This document shows positions 1 through 9,823 of a stretch of DNA of 64,000 nt, piece after piece. The position numbers and the translations under genes were made by a program. Position 1 is the stretch's first letter; every line of letters starts with the position of its first letter. Source of the stretch: an archaeon (GTDB lineage: Archaea; Nanobdellota; Nanobdellia; Woesearchaeales; JAADFO01); the NCBI GenBank assembly GCA_043817075.1, contig JBDRHG010000005.1, positions 3,120-67,119 on the forward strand. Reading direction: 5' to 3'. Below the pieces are notes generated by a model. That model was not told where the DNA came from, ran no database searches, and saw only the letters and a list, made by a program, of their open reading frames with translations.

Positions 1-235
1 ATGCGTTCTCGGTCACCTCGCCTGATGGCAACATGAGCCAGACGACCCGTCGTTGCTGTTTAAGGTCCTCCACAAGCTCCTTTATCGAGCCCGCTCCCTT
101 CGCCCCTCCGTCCACCGCCTCCTGTACCTTCTCAGGTGAGCGGTTCCAGACGACGACATCTATGCCGCCTGTCGTGAGCATTCGCTTGACCATGTTCAGG
201 CCCATCCGGCCCAGTCCGATGAATCCTATCTCCAT
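1..235 (-). CDS. gnd: 6-phosphogluconate dehydrogenase-like (NAD-binding, Gnd/YqeC family). Only the N-terminal ~78 aa are in the window. The gene runs off the window start.
   Basis: Reverse-strand translation from the ATG (complement of cat 233-235) gives MEIGFIGLGRMGLNMVKRMLTTGGIDVVVWNRSPEKV. This is a classical Rossmann GxGxxG N-terminus of decarboxylating 6PGDH. A GGTGA RBS lies upstream. It sits immediately downstream of pgi on the same strand. Confidence 0.55.
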   Translation of the reverse strand, partial: MEIGFIGLGRMGLNMVKRMLTTGGIDVVVWNRSPEKVQEAVDGGAKGAGSIKELVEDLKQQRRVVWLMLPSGEVTENA

Positions 236-240
236 CTTCT

Positions 241-1569
241 TCACCTCGAATCCTGTTCTTTGAGTATGCGTTTGGTCTCTATCTTGTATTCTTCGACATT
301 GGGTTGGTCGAACGGGTTGACACCCATCAATGCGCCGAGGAACATCATCTCCATCATCTTCATTTGCAGGAGCTGCCCGATTGTCTCGGCCGATACGGCG
401 GGCAACGATATAGTCGAATACGGCCTTCTTCCTTTCGAGAACGCCGCTTGCACCCCTTGAAGTATGGCATCCATCAAGGAATGGATCGTCTTCCCCTGGA
501 TGCTGCCCACGAGATCTCCGAACCCTTCAAGGGATGGGACCTCGGTCGGCGAAGGATCATTCTTGATCCGGACGAAAGTGGTGTATTTGTCCTTCGGCCC
601 TCCGAGATAGAGCTGCGCCATGGAATGCAGATCGGTAGAGCCGATCGAGACAGTCGGTGTCATCCCTGAGAACACCTGCTTGCCTGAGAGATTATGCTCT
701 TTTCCGACGCTCTCGCCCATCAATTGCCTGTACCATTTTCCAACGGACTCTAGGTCTGAGGCGAAGAGGAACTGGTCAGCGATGGGATGACCAGCATCGA
801 GATTGAGCTTGAGCAATGCCGCGCTCTGCATAGCGGGATTGTCAGATATGGATGCTTGGAGGCATCTTCTGCGCATCGCTTCTGCCCCTTTGAGCAGCGA
901 ATCGATATCCGCGCCGATCAGGCCGAGCGGAAAAAGACCGACTGGAGAGAATACCGAATACCTTCCACCGACCTTCCTGGGGATCTCAAGAACGGAGAAC
1001 CCTTCTTTGGCCGCGAGGTCCCAGAAACGGGAACCACGGTCTGTGGTCACGACCACGGCCTCTTTGTAATCCGCGTCGAATCCTTTCACATACTCGATGA
1101 GCACTTGTAGATTTGCGATGGTCTCGGTCGTGCCTCCGGACTTGCTCACACCATTGAGTATGACTCGTCGTCCGGCTTCGAGGGACGGTTCAATAATCCT
1201 GATGATGTCAGCGAGGACGGACGCATCGACCGTGTCTGCATAGAGGATCTTGATTCCTTCAGTATGCTGGTTGTATAGCCGCCCCAATACCGCTTCCTGC
1301 ACCGCGATGGTGCCCAGGTTGCTTCCACCGATGCCGACTACGATGATGTGGGAGAGATTGAGCCTCTTCTTTTCCTCGATGACCTGCTTGACCGACCTGA
1401 GTGCATCGGCATCTGACGGCAGGTTGATCGATGCCCTATCATCCGCATATCCTGATCCCGATGCATGCATGAGACGCGTCAGCTCTTCATCCAACTGAGG
1501 CTGCAAGGAAGCCATGTCTGCCTCAGAATAGGGTGTTGTTCCTTGATAGCTGAAGTCTAACTGTTCCAT
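241..1569 (-). CDS. pgi: glucose-6-phosphate isomerase (bacterial-type PGI)
   Basis: 442-aa ORF with an ATG start. It carries the PGI family signature regions (IVVGIGGSNLG, sugar-isomerase SIS domains). Confidence 0.85.
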   Translation of the reverse strand: MEQLDFSYQGTTPYSEADMASLQPQLDEELTRLMHASGSGYADDRASINLPSDADALRSVKQVIEEKKRLNLSHIIVVGIGGSNLGTIAVQEAVLGRLYNQHTEGIKILYADTVDASVLADIIRIIEPSLEAGRRVILNGVSKSGGTTETIANLQVLIEYVKGFDADYKEAVVVTTDRGSRFWDLAAKEGFSVLEIPRKVGGRYSVFSPVGLFPLGLIGADIDSLLKGAEAMRRRCLQASISDNPAMQSAALLKLNLDAGHPIADQFLFASDLESVGKWYRQLMGESVGKEHNLSGKQVFSGMTPTVSIGSTDLHSMAQLYLGGPKDKYTTFVRIKNDPSPTEVPSLEGFGDLVGSIQGKTIHSLMDAILQGVQAAFSKGRRPYSTISLPAVSAETIGQLLQMKMMEMMFLGALMGVNPFDQPNVEEYKIETKRILKEQDSR

Positions 1570-1669
1570 GCGTATCCCCTCGGTTGATGTTCAGTAAAAT
1601 CGCCCCAGAATATATAAGCCTTTTCGTCGACGAATCAGGATGGGCTTGCGATATGGCTGTTATCGTCAT

Positions 1670-2053
1670 TCACCACAGACCGAGACCGATCCCCATGATT
1701 TCGACGAACACATAGAGCCATAAGACATACACGATGATGGCCAATATGAAGGTGACGAGCACCAGATTGATGACCCGGTTACGTTTCCGCTTGAGCTGGT
1801 CTAGGGTGCAGATGCCCTCTTTCTTGTAGAAGTACCAGATGAGACCAGCGATGAGGAAGGCCGCGGCCACCCCACGGAAGACCCATTTGTATGATCCATA
1901 GAGAAGATCCGACAATGACGCCGCATAGGCGACGGAAGAGAGACCGAGAAGCACGAGCACCACAGATGTGAAGCAGCATAGCCCACCGATGAGGGCTGAC
2001 AGAGGGATGAACTTCTTGAGGAATGATTTCTGTTCCTTGTCGATGAGTTTCAT
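1670..2053 (-). CDS. small membrane protein, MerT-like (Cys-Cys pair in TM1)
   Basis: 127 aa with 3-4 predicted TM helices. The GGLCCFTSVVLVLLG motif resembles the MerT CC motif, and a second Cys pair (EGICT) lies in a cytoplasmic loop. Confidence 0.35.
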   Translation of the reverse strand: MKLIDKEQKSFLKKFIPLSALIGGLCCFTSVVLVLLGLSSVAYAASLSDLLYGSYKWVFRGVAAAFLIAGLIWYFYKKEGICTLDQLKRKRNRVINLVLVTFILAIIVYVLWLYVFVEIMGIGLGLW

Positions 2054-2169
2054 GGTATCACATCCGAATAGATAGTCTATAGAGAGGATAATATATCGAG
2101 GCGGATGATATACGAAGATGGATCATATGCTGGCCTGATTTATATGCTTGACCTTATCATATGCCGATT

Positions 2170-2817
2170 CTATTCAGTCTCAGGTTTCTTCTTCAGATAT
2201 CCTTTGAGCAGCAGACGTCCCATCTCTGAGAGCTTGAGGAAAAGGCTCTTGCCCTCCTCCTTGACCACGATGAGCCGATAGGCACGAAGGCCCTTCGAGC
2301 GGAGATTGCCGTTGATATGGTACGAGAGGAGAGATACCGACATGTCGAGCTCTTTGGACAGATCGCGAAGCGATTTGAAGGCCTCCCCATCAAGACTGCT
2401 GAGTATGCGCATCTTATTGTCTGAAAGCTCATTGTAATAAGAGAGCTTGATGATGGGTAAGAACATCGGACGGTCGTCTGCGATATGGAATGCTTTCAGT
2501 CCATTGGCGTATGCTGCGCTGATGGCTGCACATGTGCTCATGCGATCACCCGTCGCGACGTTGACGATGAGATCGTCTGGATCATAGATGGCGCAGGTCT
2601 CACCGAAAACCCTGAACATCTCCTCAAGCACGTTGCCGTTGATGGGGATGATGTCTGACTTTATCGTGAACTCCTCGAGTCGGATCTGAAGGTCTTTTGC
2701 CTCTTTGATGCTGCCTTCAGGTGTGATGAGAAGGACCCGTTCTGTGGGAAATTCCTTCATGCCTATGAACAATGCTCGAAGATTATCTCCGACCGGCGCG
2801 ATGACGACGTATCCCAT
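2170..2817 (-). CDS. CARF-like Rossmann domain plus C-terminal winged-helix transcriptional regulator (Csa3-like)
   Basis: 215 aa. The N-terminus (YVVIAPVGDNLRALFIGMKEF) fits a CARF/Csa3-type beta-strand-G-D-helix start. The C-terminus has a wHTH. No CRISPR array is nearby. Confidence 0.4.
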   Translation of the reverse strand: MGYVVIAPVGDNLRALFIGMKEFPTERVLLITPEGSIKEAKDLQIRLEEFTIKSDIIPINGNVLEEMFRVFGETCAIYDPDDLIVNVATGDRMSTCAAISAAYANGLKAFHIADDRPMFLPIIKLSYYNELSDNKMRILSSLDGEAFKSLRDLSKELDMSVSLLSYHINGNLRSKGLRAYRLIVVKEEGKSLFLKLSEMGRLLLKGYLKKKPETE

Positions 2818-2951
2818 GTGTAATCAGGATGCGCCAAGAGTTTAAATATTCTCCCTCAAACATCAAGGAAAATGTTTGACGATGTCTGGCATTCGGTTAG
2901 CAGCACAAGACATTTAAATATCCTGTACTCGCAACAGAACGAGGAAGATAC

Positions 2952-3263
2952 ATGGACAGACCAGAGGAAAAAAAGGGGACCGCGACACGGAAGATACCGG
3001 GCGGCAAGTTGGTGAGACTGGACATCAGCTTTTCTGACAGCATAATATCATGCAAGATCACGGGCGATTTTTTCCTTCATCCCGAAGATGCGATCAATCC
3101 ACTCGAGACATCCCTACTGGGCCTTTCCTTCCCCCTCGACGAAAAGAAAGCGTCAGAGAGACTGAAGTCTGCGTTACGTAAAGCGGATGCAACCCTCATC
3201 GGCGCGACCGCTGAAGAGATCGCGAGCATACTCATGGAGGCAGCAACATGCGATGGCGATTGA
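2952..3263 (+). CDS. lplB: lipoate-protein ligase C-terminal-domain subunit (LplB-like)
   Basis: 103-aa ORF that overlaps the lplA start by 16 nt (translational coupling). This matches the split LplB/LplA arrangement known from Thermoplasma. Confidence 0.5.
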   Translation: MDRPEEKKGTATRKIPGGKLVRLDISFSDSIISCKITGDFFLHPEDAINPLETSLLGLSFPLDEKKASERLKSALRKADATLIGATAEEIASILMEAATCDGD

Positions 3264-3994
3264 TAGATGACACCGCGCATGATGCCGCGACGAACATGGG
3301 CATCGATGAAGCGATCTCAGAGAGCGTCTCGACAGGACAGAGCCCTCCTACTATCAGGTTCTATGCCTGGGAACCAAGCGCAGTATCCATAGGATATTTC
3401 CAAGGCCTATCGAATGAAGTGGATATGGAAGCCTGTGAGAAAGCAGGTGTCGACGTCGTCCGCCGACGGACAGGAGGTGGCGCGGTCTACCATGACCGAG
3501 ACGGTGAGATCACCTATAGCATCGTCGGCCCACTATCCCTATTCCCATCCGACATCATCGGGTCGTACCGCATGATATGCGGCCACGTGGTCGACGCATT
3601 GCGGCTTCTGGATATCCCTGCGGAGTTCGCTCCCATAAATGACATCCAGGTGGAGGGCAAGAAGATATCCGGAAGCGCGCAGACGAGGAGGAATGGTGTG
3701 CTCCTCCAACATGGCACGCTCTTGCTCGACGTCGACGTCGACCGCATGTTCTCGCTCCTTCGCGTGGGTAAGGAGAAGATCGCTGACAAGCTCATAAAAT
3801 CCGTCAAGAAGAGAGTGACCTCGATTCAGGACTTTGGCGTGTTCTCAAAAGACGACGTCCGTAACGCTCTCAAGGAGGCATTCTCTAAGGGAAGAGATAT
3901 CTCTGCCGGATCGATGACCGAAGAAGAGTTGGCGTTGGCCAAGAGGCTAGCCCAAGAGCGATACAAGAGCGACGCATGGACAGCGATGCGTTGA
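3248..3994 (+). CDS. lplA: lipoate-protein ligase A catalytic subunit
   Basis: 248 aa. It has a BPL/LPL catalytic domain with conserved RRxTGGGAVYHD and GKKISGSAQ motifs. Confidence 0.8.
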   Translation: MRWRLIDDTAHDAATNMGIDEAISESVSTGQSPPTIRFYAWEPSAVSIGYFQGLSNEVDMEACEKAGVDVVRRRTGGGAVYHDRDGEITYSIVGPLSLFPSDIIGSYRMICGHVVDALRLLDIPAEFAPINDIQVEGKKISGSAQTRRNGVLLQHGTLLLDVDVDRMFSLLRVGKEKIADKLIKSVKKRVTSIQDFGVFSKDDVRNALKEAFSKGRDISAGSMTEEELALAKRLAQERYKSDAWTAMR

Positions 3995-4010
3995 TCACCA
4001 CCCCACCTGT

Positions 4011-4060
4011 TAGGATAGAGTTCTCAGAGATAGAAATCTCAAAGATAGAATTCTCAGAGC
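4011..4060. repeat. three tandem ~15-nt imperfect repeats (TAGARWTCTCARAG) in the convergent lplA/ATPase intergenic region
   Basis: The copies are taggatagagttctcagaga, tagaaatctcaaaga and tagaattctcagagc. Confidence 0.4.
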
Positions 4061-4081
4061 ATCAGCTCATATATCAGCGAG

Positions 4082-6799
4082 TCAACCAGTGCGTGATGTG
4101 AAATGCTCTTTCACCCTCTCGAGCAGCATGGACAGATACCAGACCATGACGCTGACACCGAGCATCATGCCCCAATCAATAGCTGAGAGCGCGGAGGTAC
4201 CGAAGAATTTTTGGAGCGGCGAGTAGATCACCAAGAGCTGGAGCAGCAAGGAACTGAATACAGCCAGCACAAGCCATTTGTTGGAGAAGAAAGATAAGCG
4301 GTATTGCCAACGAATGCTCTGCAACCTCACGATCTCGAGGATGATGATGGTGGTAAACGCGATGGTACGTATCCGAGACAGGAACGCAGCGCCCTCAAGC
4401 CCCTGGTAGTGGTGCATCGCCCAGACATAGATACCGAGCACAGCCAGCGTGATGAGGACAGATATGTATCCCAATGTGTAGACCAACGGCCTGTTGATGA
4501 TGCTCTCGTCAGCCTTCATGGGGGGTTGAGTCATCAGATCGGCCGGGTTGGGATCCACGCTCAAGGCCAGAGCAGGCAATCCGTCAGTGACCAGGTTGAG
4601 CCAGAGCAACATCACCGCTGTCATCGGCAGAGGCAACTGGAACAGGATGGAGAAGAAGATGACGAATACCTCTGCGAGGTTTCCGGAGAGCAGATAGTTG
4701 ACGAATTTCCTGATGTTCGCGTAGATGCCTCTGCCTTCCTCGACCGCATTGACGATCGAGGCGAAGTTGTCATCGAGGAGCACCATCTCTGAGGCCTCTT
4801 TTGCGACATCGGTACCGTTGATCCCCATCGCGACGCCGAGGTCAGCTGCCTTGAGCGCGGGGGAATCATTGACACCGTCCCCGGTCATCGCCACCACATG
4901 ACCTGCGCTCCTGAGCAATTCGACAATGCGCATCTTGTGTCTCGGCTCGACACGGGAAAAAATGCCGACTTCATCGATGGCTATGGATTGGGCCTCTGCA
5001 GACAACCCACCGAAAGACGCCCCATCCATGGATTTCCCATCGATGCCTACCTCATCTGCGATCGCCTGAGCAGTGATGCCGTTGTCCCCTGTGATCATGA
5101 TGACCCGTATGCCGGCCTCTTTGCATCGGTTGATGGCCTCCTTGACTTCAGCGTGCGGAGGATCGATCATGCCCTGGAAACCCACGAAAACCAGGTTCTT
5201 CTCGTCCGATTCATGTTCCATGTGCTCTTTGTAGGCGAATGCGAGGACGCGGAGAGCGCCCTTGGCGTATTCCTCATTCTTAGAAAGCAACGCTGCTCGG
5301 TTCTTGTCAGTGAGCTTGACTGCCTTGCCTCGGCTGTATATATGGGTACAACGGGCGAGCACTGATTCAGGAGCGCCTTTGACATGGACGACCCGTTTGT
5401 CTGTCGTAGGGTCATGGTTGACAGTGCTCATGAGCTTCCTTGTCGAATCGAATGGCTCTTCACTCAGACGTGTCCATTCTCTCTGAAGTTGTTCCGGATT
5501 GAGTCCTGCCTTATTGGCGCTGATCAAGAGCGCCGCCTCTGTCGGATCGCCGATGACCTCCGCCTCTTGACCTGGATTCCGGATTGATGCATTATTGCAT
5601 AATGAACCTATCCTGAAGAGCAGAAGGTCGTCTTCCCATCGTGTCCCTTTCGATCCGGTGATATGTCCCCGAGGAGAATATCCTTCGCCAGAGATGTCCA
5701 GATGGCGACCGTCGATATAGGCTGCTCGGACCGTCATCTGGTTCTTCGTCAACGTACCGGTCTTGTCGGTGCAGATCACTGTGGCCTCGCCGAGCGTCTC
5801 CACCGAAGGCAGACGTCGCACGAGAGCATTACGCAGGACCATCCGACGAACACCGAAAGCCAGCGCGATGGTGATGACCGCAGGCATCCCAGACGGCACA
5901 GCGGCGACCGCCAACGCGACGGCTGTGAGGAACCATGACTTCGCGGCGAAAACGAATCCTATAAGATCCCCTGAGAATAGGATGGGTAACAGACCTTCCT
6001 TGGCCACGCCGGAGAGGAAGACGATGACGCATACGATGATGGTGACGATGCCGATACGCATGCTCAGACGGTTCAGCTTCTTCTGAAGCGGCGTCTGTTC
6101 GGGTTTGCTCTCTGAGATCATTCCTGCGATCCTGCCGATCTCCGTGTGCATACCTATGTTCGTCACCACAGCGGTGGCCTTTCCGCTCACGATCGATGTG
6201 CCTGAGAAGGCCATGTTCTTCCGTTCGGCGAGCCCCGGATGTTTGGTGAGCGCACGGGCATGTTTGGCCACAGGGACAGATTCTCCGGTCAACGATGCTT
6301 CCATCGCATGCAGCCTCAAAGATTCTATGATGCGTGCATCAGCAGGGACCTTATCGCCTTCCTCAAGGAGGATGAGATCGCCAGGGACCAGCTCTTTAGA
6401 ATCGATCAGGATCAGCTCACCATTCCGCCGCACCTTGGCTTTTATCCCGGACAGTCTCCGCAATGCATCGATCGCGCGTTCTGCTCGGTACTCCTGGATG
6501 AAACCGACCACCGCATTGACCACAAGCACGAACAGGATGACGATAGTGTCGACAACCTCCCCCTGGAGGAGAGAGATGGCGAGTGCGAAGAAAAGGATGT
6601 AGATGATGATGCTGTGGAACTGGTTGAGGAATATCAATAATGGTCCTCGACCCCTCTTGGCCTTGAGCTGGTTTCTCCCGAAACGTTTCTGCCGTCCTTG
6701 TACGTCATGAGTGGACAGTCCTTTGTCTGGACGGACATCGAAATGATGAAGAATGTCTTCGGGTTGCCGGTTATACCATTCCATGCATGCATGCCTCAT
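4082..6799 (-). CDS. cation-transporting P-type ATPase (P2-like E1-E2 ATPase)
   Basis: 905 aa. It has DKTGTLT phosphorylation, TGDN and GDGVNDSPALKAADLG motifs and 10 TM helices. The TM4 motif is PSGMP rather than PEGLP. Confidence 0.85.
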   Translation of the reverse strand: MRHACMEWYNRQPEDILHHFDVRPDKGLSTHDVQGRQKRFGRNQLKAKRGRGPLLIFLNQFHSIIIYILFFALAISLLQGEVVDTIVILFVLVVNAVVGFIQEYRAERAIDALRRLSGIKAKVRRNGELILIDSKELVPGDLILLEEGDKVPADARIIESLRLHAMEASLTGESVPVAKHARALTKHPGLAERKNMAFSGTSIVSGKATAVVTNIGMHTEIGRIAGMISESKPEQTPLQKKLNRLSMRIGIVTIIVCVIVFLSGVAKEGLLPILFSGDLIGFVFAAKSWFLTAVALAVAAVPSGMPAVITIALAFGVRRMVLRNALVRRLPSVETLGEATVICTDKTGTLTKNQMTVRAAYIDGRHLDISGEGYSPRGHITGSKGTRWEDDLLLFRIGSLCNNASIRNPGQEAEVIGDPTEAALLISANKAGLNPEQLQREWTRLSEEPFDSTRKLMSTVNHDPTTDKRVVHVKGAPESVLARCTHIYSRGKAVKLTDKNRAALLSKNEEYAKGALRVLAFAYKEHMEHESDEKNLVFVGFQGMIDPPHAEVKEAINRCKEAGIRVIMITGDNGITAQAIADEVGIDGKSMDGASFGGLSAEAQSIAIDEVGIFSRVEPRHKMRIVELLRSAGHVVAMTGDGVNDSPALKAADLGVAMGINGTDVAKEASEMVLLDDNFASIVNAVEEGRGIYANIRKFVNYLLSGNLAEVFVIFFSILFQLPLPMTAVMLLWLNLVTDGLPALALSVDPNPADLMTQPPMKADESIINRPLVYTLGYISVLITLAVLGIYVWAMHHYQGLEGAAFLSRIRTIAFTTIIILEIVRLQSIRWQYRLSFFSNKWLVLAVFSSLLLQLLVIYSPLQKFFGTSALSAIDWGMMLGVSVMVWYLSMLLERVKEHFTSRTG

Positions 6800-6826
6800 G
6801 GTGCCCTCTGGCTGAACCAGGATCGC

Positions 6827-8257
6827 TCAATCCTTACGAGGGGAATAGATATGGATTGCCGCACCCATAGTGGCTTCTGCAGCCTCCATGAGGCCTTCGG
6901 GCAGGGTAGGATGAGGATGGATGGTGAGGCTGATGTCCTCGACCGTGGCACCCATCTCGATGGCGAGAGCGGCCTCGCTGATCATGTCGCTCGCACCCGG
7001 CCCTACGGCCTGGACACCGAGCACCTCGTTGCTGCCCTTCTCTGCGATGACTTTGACAAAGCCGTCGGTCTGATTGAGAGTGAGCGCCCGCCCCAATGCC
7101 GCGAACGGGAATCGACCTACCTCAATGTCCAGACCTTTTTCCTTGGCCTCTGATTCGGTGAGCCCGACCGAAGAGATCTCAGGATCGTTGAACACGACGA
7201 AGGGTATCACTCGGTTGTCGAATGCGCTGGCCTTGCCGCTCGCTACTTCTGCTGCGACTTTGGCCTCTCTCGTCGCCTTATGAGCGAGCATAGGCTGTCC
7301 GGCGACATCGCCGATTGCGAATATCTTGGGATCGTCGGTACGCATGGTCTTGTCCACCTTGATGAATCCTTTGTCATCTGTCTTGACTTTGGTGTTCTCC
7401 AACCCCATATCCATTGAGCAAGGTTTCCTGCCGACCACGACCAACACCTTGTCTGCCTCTATCGAGTTCTCTTTGCCGTCTTCCTCTATGCGTACCTTCA
7501 GAGTGTCGCCGTCCTCGTCCAATCCCAAGGCCTTTGTCTTGAGATGGGCAGTGACATTGAATTTCGTGAGCCTCTTCGCGACGACATCGACGATCTCAGC
7601 TTCGAGTCCCGGGAGGAGACGGTCCATCATCTCGATGATGTGCACCTCGCTGCCTAGCTTGCCGTACACCGTCCCCATCTCTGTTCCGATGTAGCCGCCG
7701 CCGATGACGACGAGACGTTTGGGTACATCGGTCAAGGCCAGCGCATCCCGCGAGGTGATCACTTTTGGATTGTCAAAGGAGAATCCAGGGATCTCGATGG
7801 GAAGTGAACCGGTCGCGACGATGGCATGTTTGAACTTTACCGCAGTCACATCACTCTTGCCCTCGATGTGGATCTCGTCGCTGCTCTTGAAGACGCCTTT
7901 CCCTTTGATGACCTCCACACCGTTGCGTTTGAGAAGGCCAGCCACGCCATCGTTGAGCCGCTTGACGATACTCGCTTTCCAGGAAATCATCTTGGGTATG
8001 TCGACGTCGTAGTCCTTGATCGTGATCCCCATATCCTTGAGGCTGCTGATCGTGGACAGAAAATTTGAAGCATGGATGAGCGCTTTGGTCGGGATGCAGC
8101 CATGGTTGAGGCAGACGCCGCCGAGCACAGATTCTTTCTCCACCAAGGTGACATCATTGCCTAACTGCGCCGCACGGATCGCTGCGACATAGCCTCCCGG
8201 ACCTGAACCCAGGACGACAACATCCGTCTCCACCGTCATCGAACCGACTACCATCAT
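6827..8257 (-). CDS. lpdA: dihydrolipoyl dehydrogenase (E3)
   Basis: 476 aa. It has FAD-binding GSGPGGY, the redox disulfide GGVCLNHGCIPTK and a C-terminal dimerisation domain. Confidence 0.9.
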   Translation of the reverse strand: MMVVGSMTVETDVVVLGSGPGGYVAAIRAAQLGNDVTLVEKESVLGGVCLNHGCIPTKALIHASNFLSTISSLKDMGITIKDYDVDIPKMISWKASIVKRLNDGVAGLLKRNGVEVIKGKGVFKSSDEIHIEGKSDVTAVKFKHAIVATGSLPIEIPGFSFDNPKVITSRDALALTDVPKRLVVIGGGYIGTEMGTVYGKLGSEVHIIEMMDRLLPGLEAEIVDVVAKRLTKFNVTAHLKTKALGLDEDGDTLKVRIEEDGKENSIEADKVLVVVGRKPCSMDMGLENTKVKTDDKGFIKVDKTMRTDDPKIFAIGDVAGQPMLAHKATREAKVAAEVASGKASAFDNRVIPFVVFNDPEISSVGLTESEAKEKGLDIEVGRFPFAALGRALTLNQTDGFVKVIAEKGSNEVLGVQAVGPGASDMISEAALAIEMGATVEDISLTIHPHPTLPEGLMEAAEATMGAAIHIYSPRKD

Positions 8258-9819
8258 ATCATCTCCACTAAAAGTGTCTCAGGATCCGAGAGCATCGATG
8301 ACAGGTCGGCGATGAATCTCGCGGCCTCCGCCCCGTCGATCACCCGATGGTCGATGGTCAGAGACAACGCGATCATCTTCCGGATCAGCAGCTCTCCCTT
8401 TACGACAACCGGCTTCTCGATGATCCTTCCCAGGCCGAGAATGGCGACCTCAGGATAGTTGATGATCGGCGTGAACACCTGCCCTGCGATGCTACCCACG
8501 CTCGAGATCGTGAATGTGCTCCCTTTCATCTCATCGAGAGGTAACTTTCGGTCACGGGCTTTCTTGACGATGTCAGATATCTCCCCTGCCAGGGCAAGGA
8601 TACTTTTCCGGTCGGCGTTCCGCACGACGGGCACGACCAGACCTTCTGGCGCGTCGGTCGCGATGCCGATATGGTATCGCCGTTTGATGATGATCTCATC
8701 AGTCTCTTCATCGAGCGTCGCGTTGAACGTCTCATGCTTCCTTAGCGCGGCGACGACAGCCTTGACGAAGAAGGGCAAGAATGTGAGATGGATGCCCTTG
8801 TCCTTGAGCTTGTCGTTCTCACGCTTACGCAAGGCGTACAGGTCCGTCACATCGGCCTCGTCTGTGAAGGTGAACGGAGCGGCATGGGAAAGTGAAAGAA
8901 TCATGTGCTTGGAGATGGCCTTACGTGTGGGACTCATGGGGATGCGCTCTTCCTCTGGCTCGTACGTGGAGTCCACAACAGCAGGTTGCGGGACGGGATC
9001 CGGAGATGATGCAGACGCATCGGGAGCTGGCGCATCCTTGACTGCTGCGGTTTTGCCGATCATTGCCTTGACATCCTCCATCGTCACCCTACCGTTGGAG
9101 CCGCTTCCTGCGACCGTCGCGATGTCGACGCCCATCTCTCGGGCATGCATCCTTACCGAGGGTGTCGCGAGCACATCACATCCATCGGTCCTTGCAGAAG
9201 AAGGGGATGACGAAGGCTCGGCACCTGTAGATGGTGATGGAGCAGGAACGACAGCAGGATTGATAGCAGGAGCAGGAGCAGGAGCAGAAACAGGAGATGT
9301 ACCGCCTGACAGATTGTTGACATCCGCTTGGGTGACTCGACCATCCTTACCAGTGCCTTTGACGTCATCGGGTCTGATGCCGAGCTTCGCCGCTGCTTCC
9401 CGCAATGCTTTCCTCACCTTCGGTAGCGCAAGGATGCCACCGGTCTCGGTTCCATCCGAAGGTTCGGAGTCCACAGGCTCTGCCTCTGCATCCTCCTGAT
9501 GCGGAGGAGGGGTAGGGACAAGTGTTTCGGGAACGGGTTTCGTCTCTTCTTTTGCAGGTGCAGGCGATGCCGCAGCACCCTCTCCTTTCGCGAGCTCCAT
9601 GATGGGTTGCCCCACTTCCATGGTGTCTCCAGGAGAGAAGAGCAGCTTCTCTACGGTACCGGAATCTGGCGTAGGTATCTCCACTACAGCCTTGTCAGTC
9701 TCTACCGATGCGATCGGTTGGTCAACGGCGATAGTATCGCCTTCCTTGATGAGCCATTCGACAAGCTTGCCTTCTTTGATGCCTTCACCGACATCCGGGA
9801 ACAGGAACGGGTCTCCCAT
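8254..9819 (-). CDS. dihydrolipoamide acyltransferase (E2) of the 2-oxoacid dehydrogenase complex
   Basis: 521 aa. It has an N-terminal lipoyl domain (ETDKA) and Ala/Pro linkers. It has two PSBD-like segments and a catalytic domain with DHRVIDGA. Confidence 0.85.
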   Translation of the reverse strand: MGDPFLFPDVGEGIKEGKLVEWLIKEGDTIAVDQPIASVETDKAVVEIPTPDSGTVEKLLFSPGDTMEVGQPIMELAKGEGAAASPAPAKEETKPVPETLVPTPPPHQEDAEAEPVDSEPSDGTETGGILALPKVRKALREAAAKLGIRPDDVKGTGKDGRVTQADVNNLSGGTSPVSAPAPAPAINPAVVPAPSPSTGAEPSSSPSSARTDGCDVLATPSVRMHAREMGVDIATVAGSGSNGRVTMEDVKAMIGKTAAVKDAPAPDASASSPDPVPQPAVVDSTYEPEEERIPMSPTRKAISKHMILSLSHAAPFTFTDEADVTDLYALRKRENDKLKDKGIHLTFLPFFVKAVVAALRKHETFNATLDEETDEIIIKRRYHIGIATDAPEGLVVPVVRNADRKSILALAGEISDIVKKARDRKLPLDEMKGSTFTISSVGSIAGQVFTPIINYPEVAILGLGRIIEKPVVVKGELLIRKMIALSLTIDHRVIDGAEAARFIADLSSMLSDPETLLVEMI

Positions 9820-9823
9820 GTTA

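Noticed and set aside
33-263. 76-aa plus-strand ORF at window start
   Set aside because: It is antisense to the 6PGDH-like N-terminus, which has a clear Rossmann motif and RBS on the minus strand.
8459-9499. 346-aa plus-strand ORF
   Set aside because: It is antisense to the Ala/Pro-rich linker region of the E2 gene. High GC suppresses stop codons. It has no RBS or start context and its composition is Ser/Ala-rich nonsense.
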